The notes under the pieces were generated by a model. It saw only the letters and a program-made list of their open reading frames with translations. It was not told the origin of the DNA and made no database searches. Of a stretch of DNA of 58,092 bases, positions 50,801 through 58,092 are shown piece after piece. Source of the stretch: Aplysia californica (Eukaryota); the NCBI RefSeq assembly GCF_000002075.1, contig NW_004798057.1:103712-161803 (forward strand), given 5' to 3'. Position 1 is the first letter of the stretch. Each line of letters opens with the position of its first letter. Made by a program: the position numbers and the translations under genes.

Positions 50801-53800
50801 GAGATGGTGGAGGAACACAGGCTGAAAGCCACACAATCACACGACTCATACAGTAAACAGGATAATATTCGCGATGACCGCATTATTGATATATTTAAAT
50901 GTAAGTTTAGTATAGTTTTAGTAGAGGTTTTACGGCGCTCGCAACTGCATAAGGTCATTATGAGAGCCAGAAGATAGAGTTATAAGGACGATAGATGTTT
51001 TGATAGGAAAGAAGAAGCAAACCACCCCAGAGCACCCGCCAACCACCCACATTTAAATGTTAACATTCCCAACAATCAAGTGACTCACACAGTGAGAGGT
51101 AATGTTCCCCACGGTATTGTTTTAGTTACAGTTTTACGGCACTTGCAACACAATCAGGTCATATAAGTGCCAAAGATTAGAGTGAGGTGTTACCTGAGAG
51201 TAACAAACAAATTATTCCGAAGAATTCTTAAATAACTTAAAAACTAAAATTATTTTTAAAGTCCAGAAATAAAATAAGTACTATAAACCCAGTGAACAAG
51301 CTAAAACGTCTGCACTGTCAGACGAAAAAATTACATGTACACAGTGTGCTCCACCCCCCCCACTCACCCTTTAGTTCAGTTTTAGTTTTAGTAAGAGTTT
51401 TACGGCACTTGCAACACGATAAGGTCATATAAGTGCCGAAGATTAGAGGTGTTACAAGAGAGTAACAAACATAAAAAAGAAGGAGGAGAGATCAGGACGA
51501 TAGATGTTTGATAGGAAAGAAGGAGCAAACCACACCAGAGCACCCGCCAACCACCCACCCACTCACCCTTGGTAGGTGTTGAGAAACGTGAAGAAACAGA
51601 TAGAAGGCAGGCAGGGAGGTAATCCTCGCACAGCCGAGATGGCCGCGCTCAGCTCTTCCTCCAGACTCTGTTCCTGCTGCGGCTGCTCCCCCTGGCTAGC
51701 CTCCGTCTTCACGGTGACGTCTGTTGGCGTGTCGCCCACAGAGGTCGTCTCTGTGTCCATGTCGGAGAAAGGCTGCAGCTCTAGCTGCCCGCTGGACTCG
51801 GACTTGGTGACTGGAGGTATGGGGAGGGGATACAGGATGTTTGTCAAACTTCCCTGCCGTTATTTCTAAAAGTACACTATATATTTGTGTGTGTCGTATG
51901 CCTAGAGAAAGGTCCCAGATGTTGGAAATTTTTGTTTTTGTTTTAGTAAGGTTTTACGGTCCTCGCAACTGCCTAAGGTCATATGAGCGCCAAGGGGTGG
52001 ATGTCAACAGAGAAATCCAAATGGGGAATCAGGCTTACTCTGATCTCCTCTCTAGCCTCAACAGCACAAAGTCTGCTTCGACTATCAAGGAATCCCCGGA
52101 AATAGCAATTCACAAGAGTGACAAACATACATAAGAGGTAGAGGAAAATGATGATAGTAAGGATGAGGAGAGAAAAAGCAGCAGTTCATTGATAATCAGC
52201 CCATTTACAATTCTACTGTGCGTAAGAACATGTTAATATCCCCCCTCTGGGAATGGCCTACACACAACTTCGGTCAGTAGTACTGCCCTGGTGGGGAGAG
52301 GACACAGAAGATGTTTGTCAAACTGCCCTGCCGTTATTTCTATAAGAGCAATATATATGTGTGTTGCCTGCCTGGAGAAAGGACCCAGTTGTCACAATCT
52401 AGTAGCAAATTCAATGTTGAACACGCTGATTAAAAGAAAAAATTCAAATATCTTGAGTAGCTTTTAAAGATATGCCACATTTTGTAAACTAAAATGTTTC
52501 TAAAAATCTGTTAACAAATCAAATCTTAAATTTCTTTAAGAAAAACAAAAACAACCCCCCCCCCCCAACTCAAACAAACCCTGAAATAAAAAACTAATAC
52601 CAAAATCATTCCAAACAATTCTTCAATAACACAAATTTGAAATCTATTTATGTACCATAAGTACATCTGGGGTTCTTCAAATTACCCCCCCCCCCAAAAA
52701 AAAAATCCAACTAAACCCCAGAGGGCTCAAATTTTATTGAGAGTACAAAGCAGTTCTTGGAAAGAAAAGAGCCTGAAGCACCTACCATTAACTTTGACAC
52801 ATTGGTTGAAGACCTGCAACATGATCATGCTGTCATCAGTCTGAAAAAACAAAAAGAAAACAAAAAACATATCTTTGACATTTTTGATTTCTGTAATTGC
52901 TATTTTAAGTTTATGTAAGAGTTTTACAGGACCTGCAACACGATAAGGGCATAAATAAGCTCCAGAGATTAGATGTGTTACAAGAATGAATGGTAAACAA
53001 AACATATAATTATCAGACCCACTCCCCCCCCCCCTCCCAAAAGAAGATGGCTCTAAAAAAAACCATCCTCCTGCTCTGAAATTTTTTTTTTAAACAAACC
53101 AAATTTTTATTTTTATACAGACAATATAAACAATTTAAAACAAAAAATTAAAGTCAGAAAGTAAAGCAGCTTGTCAGTGTGGTCGTCTATCTGTACCCAT
53201 GTGTTGTAGTATGAGTGTAAGAAGGAGCCAACGAGCAGCAGTAGAAAGGCTGCAGAAAGAGTCAGGAGCCCAGAGGAGGGGGTGGGGGCAGAAAGTGGAG
53301 ATGAAAGCAGAAGACAGAACATTGCTAGAGAGCAGGAAAGGAGGTGAAAGGGGACAATTTTAGAGAAGAAGATTTTTCCCGTCACTACACGGATTCGGAC
53401 CCGCGACCTTTGAATGAGAGGCCAACACCTTAATCTCTAGGCCACGAGAGCCCCCATAGTATGTGTGTGTCAGTGATGTCATCTTTCTGTACCAATGTGT
53501 TGTAGCATGTGTTTGTCAGAGAACACCGTACCTTGAGAAAATGCATCAGATAGTCCATAGTGTCCGGCTCCACGCTCAGCAAGAACCTGTGCTCCCTGCA
53601 AGAGATTATAAAACGACAGTTAATTCAGTCAAGTTTGGTAAGAATTTTACAGCACTTACTGCATAAGGTCCTATTAGTGTGGGTTGTAAGCGTTTTTTTT
53701 ATGCCCCACTAAAAACAATTACTGCAATAGTTCCCTTTTGTTATAATTGTTTTGATTCTGAGAGAGAAAGAGAGAGAGAGACAGAGAAAGAGAGAGAGAG

Positions 53801-56800
53801 ACAGAGAGAAGGAGAGAGGTAAAGAGAGAGGGGGGGAGGGAATGAGAGATGGAGAGGGAAAGAGACAGAGAGAGAAAAAGAGAGAGAGAGAGAGCCAATG
53901 ACGGAGAGAGTTGCTCCAGTCTTACCTGTATTCTGTGACTTCTTTGTTGGACATCACCTCAGCCTTGGTCTCCAGCTTCTTCAACAGTTTCGTTAACGAC
54001 TGACTTTTCTCGTCGGTGAACATTTCTCCGTGTCTCTCGTGGAATTTCTGAGCTGAGAAAAAGAAACGGCAAAATGTTCATGCTCAACTCAATCCTGCCA
54101 TAGGCTTTGTTGTGAAAACAGACAAAAGGGCATAATAACTCATAACAAAATCAAAAAGTAAAAAAAAAATCAACCATCTCAAAAGCAACCACACATGACA
54201 AAAATATAAAATAAGCTGCAAAACACAGATTAAAGATTTGGGTTTATTTCAAGTAGTAGTCAATGTTTCTGCGCCCAATTGTCTGGATGGTCCACTGATC
54301 AGTTCTATCTTTGTCTTCTTCGTGTGACTCAACAGCTAAATCAAAATCTACATCCTCATCAATGATGGATTTCTTCTTTAGACCTGGCATTAAATCCTGT
54401 TTCATTCAAACCTCCCCTTTGGTATAATAACCATGTACCTTGTTACTACGGGAGAGACCAATAATATGTAGACATGAAAGCTTGACTCGTGAGGAAAAGG
54501 AGTTAAAGAAATACAGTAAAAACGCGGCATAATGCACAGGTACGGTTCAAAACGTAGCGTCGGCTGTAATGTTCACTTTAATGTTAATTAATAAGCTGCG
54601 TTCATGATTTAAGCTATACACCAAGGCGTGGGTCGTCCTGTGTGGTTTGCTCCTTCTTTCCAAACATCTGGGGTCCTTATCTCTTCTCCTTCTGTTTTAT
54701 GTTTGTTACTCTCTTGTAACACCTCTAATCTTCGGCACTTATATGACCTTATTGTGTTGCAAGTGCCGTAAAACTCTTACTAAAACTTAAACTAATACCC
54801 CTAGGCGTGATACAGACCTGGAACCTTCTGTCCGTTGCACAACATCTCGAGGTAGGTGTGCACAAACATCGGTAGCAGGAGTGGCTGGAGCTTTGGATGA
54901 TGGGGGCTGGCTGCTCCAAGAATGAAATGCTTGAATCTGAAGAGCAACAACACAGTTTGAGATTAATAAAAAATCTAAAGATATGGGATAAGCAGGCCAC
55001 AATTTACAACAAGCAGAAAGAAGAGAAGACAGAACAAAGGCGCACCTATAAATTCACTACTCTTTTAACTGTAAAAGATATGTGAACCCTTGTAAAAAGA
55101 AAAAGTGCAATTTCATTCAAATGTAACATTTCAAAAAATTTATTGTACATTTCAAGCAATCCTTACAGAAAGAAAAGACTTAGACTTTAGAATCCTATTA
55201 CGAAAACTCAAAATACTTTAGTCAGTATAAAAAACAGTATCTTTGAAATTGCAATGCGGCTGTCTGATCAAATCATGTGTGTTGCAAGCAATCCACTTTA
55301 GTCTGTTTGGTTACTTTTCACACAAGAGACAAAACACTAGTCTTTGTTGTGTTGTTCTTATCAACATTCATGAAAAGCCAGAAAATTCTAAGCCTTGACC
55401 ATAGAATTAAACTGCATTTTGGTGATGATGATGTCAAAAAGCGCACCTTTGATAGTGCTTTGAAAGGGTGTAAAAATGGAATATTATCAAAATTTGGACA
55501 TAAAGTGGATTGCACGCAACAGCGATAAGATAAAATTCTTGATGACTAGCCTTGTAAACTGCTGGTCACATGCTGTGGCATCCCCCGATATGCTGGTGAG
55601 GGCCAGAGTGTTCTCTACACTTGTCCGAGACTTGGCACGACGACGGACAGATAGCTCTGTTACTGTCTGTTCTCGACGGCCATCTTTTCTAGAGGGCATT
55701 TCAGATTCCTGAAAGTTAGAAGATTTTATGTAATCAGTGTAAACAAGACTCAATATATATATATTTTACCATGAAAAACAGTACACAAGCATAAAATTTA
55801 TAATATGGATAAGGCATGTTCATTGATACAAAATCTGAAAAGCAGTCAGATTGATTTTACCCCACTGCACAGGATATTAAATCTTGATCACTATTCTTAT
55901 AATGAAAAATGGTAGTCTGTAGAACAGATTTTAGAAGGTAGTCATAAATTTCTTATATTGACCCTATCGAGTCACATCTCGATCAATCTAACTTTTAACT
56001 ATCCAACCGTTCAAGTACATGGAGGCTCTTTACTCAGCCTCAACCAAGAGCAAGTTGAAAGTGGACAGCCACATCAGTCTCAGACATTCACTGCAAGCCG
56101 AAATTTAGACTAGATTCTAGGGCGCTCTTTGGAAATTGCTTTCCCGTTCCAACTGATAATTTGCCATGTAAACGTGAAGATTGTGTGTTTTTAAAAAAAT
56201 ATTATTTTTGCAAGGCCCCCCCTCCCCCCGATAGCGGGGCGGCTTGAAACCCCCAGGCCCACTGTTATAATGGCTAGTGCGCATTAACACACACATGAAC
56301 ATGGTGGGTCCATCAAAGTCCAATCCAGCCAAAATAAATTTTTAATACAAAACTTAGCCTGTATGACCACTTTTGTCCTTTGCAATTGTGGTCTATTTGG
56401 TTGTTTTTGGTTGTGGCAGGGGGTTAGGCCTAGCTATTGTATTGTTTGGCTGAAAGTGTGAGTCTCAGTTCAGTTGTATTGTTTGCAAGTTTATAAACTG
56501 TAGAGGTTAGATTTTAGAGGGGAGAGCTGTAGCAAGGCAGAGGAGGCCTGCTGAGATTTCGGATGGAGAAAAGGCTAGTTTGAGCCTCGGTTTGTTTCTC
56601 TGTGTAACGTGTGAGATTCCAACGCATCGGGGCTCCATCGTTGAGGAAAGGATCACCACCCAGAGAGAAACAGGTTTGGCTGAGCCCTGCTGTAGGCGCA
56701 GGCAGACAGAAGGTAAGTGTTAAACATTGGTTTATATTCAAGTAACAACAGCAATCACTTTTGTTTCTTTTGTAAACAAACGGGAAGGCAATTTCCAAAG

Positions 56801-57020
56801 AGCCCCGATTCGATACCCAAGTCAAAGAGAGTGGCAGTTGCAGTTTGTCTCTGATGATCTGATGTAAACAAAAATAAAGCAGAACTCAAACTAAAGGAAC
56901 GAAACGCCCTAGTTGTTCTTACTGCCAAAAACTAACAAGTAAACAACTTACATGGAACTGTCGACGTTTGAAATATCGGCTGATGGTGGAGCGAATGTGA
57001 TCATTTTTCGATCTCTTCAT
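44781..57020 (-). CDS. TAF5L: TAF5-like WD40 protein (SAGA/PCAF subunit), 14 coding exons, 602 aa
   Basis: Exons 57020-56952, 55708-55551, 54936-54818, 54052-53926, 53595-53532, 52840-52786, 51810-51567, 50821-50627, 49650-49535, 47948-47867, 47467-47356, 46740-46572, 46105-45925, 44898-44781; 1809 nt in one frame. N-terminus MKRSKNDHIRSTISRYFKRRQF resembles TAF5L (MKRVRTEQIQ..YLKRRQY), followed by the NTD2 domain (LLLPMFVHTYLEML), LPSICFFTFLNT and WD40 repeats. Confidence 0.93.
44955..45345 (-). mobile_element. Short non-LTR retroelement family B (~390 bp), same 3' tail as family A
   Basis: 12-bp TSD TAAGTACGGTAA; other copies at about 40400-40770, 43045-43432 and 51930-52292. Confidence 0.85.
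45370..45750. repeat. Degenerate minisatellite in the last TAF5L intron
   Basis: Unit approximately GGGAACATCAGTACATAGCAACAGAAACAGT. Confidence 0.7.
45925..46105 (-). CDS. TAF5L: TAF5L coding exon 13
   Basis: GEDRRLRVWDLRTGRVMKELRGHSDTVYALAFDENSSVLASGGADCCVRLWDV. Confidence 0.93.
46572..46740 (-). CDS. TAF5L: TAF5L coding exon 12
   Basis: CVEFHPNNSYLASGSGDKTVRFW...GHRGSVLALAFSPDGKLLASA. Confidence 0.94.
47356..47467 (-). CDS. TAF5L: TAF5L coding exon 11
   Basis: STDTWFASSSHDTTAKLWTTERTFPLRSYVGHTMDVD. Confidence 0.92.
47867..47948 (-). CDS. TAF5L: TAF5L coding exon 10
   Basis: VRLWDMATQSNVCLYKGHSSAVWDVSVS. Confidence 0.92.
49535..49650 (-). CDS. TAF5L: TAF5L coding exon 9
   Basis: SGQSTETAKLVGHRGPVYRSRFLYNSNSHLLSCSEDSS; the donor GT abuts an N gap. 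Confidence 0.88.
50174..50587 (+). mobile_element. ~460-bp MITE, copy 3
   Basis: Same family: GTGAGGCAACGTGGTGAAATCAGGCGCTCGTC... Confidence 0.75.
50627..50821 (-). CDS. TAF5L: TAF5L coding exon 8
   Basis: LCSSTISPDKKKLSGCFEDASISIWNL...DVSRIVLGADHIL...MNKR. Confidence 0.9.
51371..51556 (-). mobile_element. Short non-LTR retroelement family A (~190 bp), best-preserved copy
   Basis: Fixed 5' end GGGTGGTTGGCGGGTGCTCTGG, 3' hairpin, (CTAAAA)n tail and variable-length TSD. Other copies at about 1170, 2100, 7590, 7925, 8031, 10248, 11345, 11821, 13381, 36252, 37695, 39830, 39956, 41200, 46116, 48980, 50903, 51118, 52900, 53630 and 54625. Confidence 0.85.
51567..51810 (-). CDS. TAF5L: TAF5L coding exon 7
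   Basis: VTKSESSGQLE...AISAVRGLPPCLPSICFFTFLNTYQG. Confidence 0.88.
52786..52840 (-). CDS. TAF5L: TAF5L coding exon 6
   Basis: TDDSMIMLQVFNQCVKVN. Confidence 0.85.
53381..53455 (-). mobile_element. tRNA-derived SINE head (degenerate)
   Basis: GGGGCTCTCGTGGCCTAGAG...GGTCGCGGGTCCGAATCC: A- and B-box-like motifs. Confidence 0.5.
53532..53595 (-). CDS. TAF5L: TAF5L coding exon 5
   Basis: EHRFLLSVEPDTMDYLMHFLK. Confidence 0.85.
53926..54052 (-). CDS. TAF5L: TAF5L coding exon 4
   Basis: AQKFHERHGEMFTDEKSQSLTKLLKKLETKAEVMSNKEVTEYR. Confidence 0.86.
54818..54936 (-). CDS. TAF5L: TAF5L coding exon 3
   Basis: FKHFILGAASPHHPKLQPLLLPMFVHTYLEMLCNGQKVP. Confidence 0.88.
55551..55708 (-). CDS. TAF5L: TAF5L coding exon 2 (probable GC donor)
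   Basis: ESEMPSRKDGRREQTVTELSV...CDQQFTR; AAG|GCTAGT. Confidence 0.8.
56952..57020 (-). CDS. TAF5L: TAF5L coding exon 1
   Basis: MKRSKNDHIRSTISRYFKRRQFH|GTAAG. Confidence 0.88.
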
Positions 57021-57511
57021 GGTTGATGGATAAACAAGCTTCTTATAAAGAAACCATCACACTCTTCTCTGCAATGGTTACATTTACTTACAATCAAAGA
57101 AGACTTTCATTATAATTTGTAAATCAACTTGAAATTCAAGTTCTTTTCTCACTTTGTTGGCTACTGAATAATTTGGCATGAAGTCTCAAGGAAATTTAAT
57201 AATAGGCTAATAAACAACTGAGCAAGATTAGGCCTATTGTACTCAGCAACGAACGAAGGCCAGGGGGCATAATCCTGATAATATTGTAATTGCGGCACCT
57301 GAGCGTTTAAAAAGTTTAACTTGAAAGTACTTTTTACATTTAAAAAATTATAATATGAGTTAAAACAACGTAAGTTTGGATAGAATCATCAAAGTTTAAT
57401 ACGTTGCACTGTATTTAGATATTAAATTGAGCAATATCTCCAGGATTGATTTGGTTTGTTTTTCTTCTATTTCCCTGTCACTGAAATGCCTGTTTTATAA
57501 ACCCCACTACT

Positions 57512-57617
57512 GTCACGTGACTCTCCCGGACGACGAGTTGTTTTTCAATGGCGGACCATTGAATTTTAATTGCCACTGTTGTGAAAGGGAAAGAATGCAG
57601 TAGCTCGTCGCCATTTT
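57512..57617. promoter_or_regulatory. Probable bidirectional promoter
   Basis: Palindromic E-box GTCACGTGAC at 57512-57521; two oppositely oriented YY1-like motifs (AATGGCGG at about 57547, CGCCATTTT at about 57609). Confidence 0.55.
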
Positions 57618-57675
57618 GTCATCGTTTGTAATTATTGCTGTCTTTGTATGAGTGGAGTTTCAAGTTAAAGGCAGC

Positions 57676-57695
57676 ATGAGTCACATTTCGCAGGG
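57676..57695 (+). CDS. Putative first coding exon (MSHISQG) of a gene head-to-head with TAF5L, possibly URB2
   Basis: ATG AGT CAC ATT TCG CAG GG|GTAAGT, a perfect donor just downstream of the promoter motifs; the rest of the gene would lie outside the window. Confidence 0.4.
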
Positions 57696-58092
57696 GTAAG
57701 TTTATTATGAAGAGAATATATTTCTATGCTGCGGCACCTGGTGCGGACGTTGTTGATTGTTATCTTGAAATTGACCTGGCCGTTTTGAGATTTACTTGGG
57801 GGCGATAGATTAATACTGATGAGGCTTTTGCTTTTTTTGTAATGAACGCCTTATGCCATACCTGTATTATTTCTGTTTTCTTTTATTCTGTTTTACCAGC
57901 ATTTCAAATGCACAATGCCTAGTAGTGTTGTTTGGGGCTGTGTTAATAAATAATAATAATAATAATATATAACATTTATAGAGCGCATTTCCAAAAAAAG
58001 TAGCTCAATGCGCTTTACATTGGAATACCCATTTTTCAAAAACCTTTCTTACTACTTCCTTTCTTCTCACGCAATATACATTAATGCACACA

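Noticed and set aside
44781-57020. Calling the WD40 gene TAF5 rather than TAF5L
   Set aside because: The MKR..YFKRRQF N-terminus, ~600-aa length and DVSRIVLGAD linker fit TAF5L; TAF5's long N-terminal and linker regions are absent.

Overview
Eukaryotic (invertebrate, probably lophotrochozoan/mollusc-like) genomic DNA with four assembly gaps. I assembled three complete spliced genes by eye, each in an unbroken frame: MRTO4/Mrt4 (minus strand, 8 coding exons, 281 aa), a divergent 14-3-3 of the zeta/theta type (plus strand, 5 coding exons, 259 aa) and TAF5L (minus strand, 14 coding exons, 602 aa, one probable GC-AG intron). The probable first exon of a head-to-head gene (possibly URB2) lies at the right end. 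The rest is introns and intergenic DNA rich in MITEs (piggyBac, hAT and pogo types), SINEs and microsatellites. The most striking pattern is a short non-LTR retroelement family with about 26 copies in two length classes and no visible Pol III promoter. It is almost always co-oriented with the nearest gene, is absent from the 14-3-3 gene, clusters next to splice sites, has twice duplicated a splice site as its target-site duplication, and carries a 3' hairpin with compensatory base changes. Gene names come from remembered family sequences, not from database searches.
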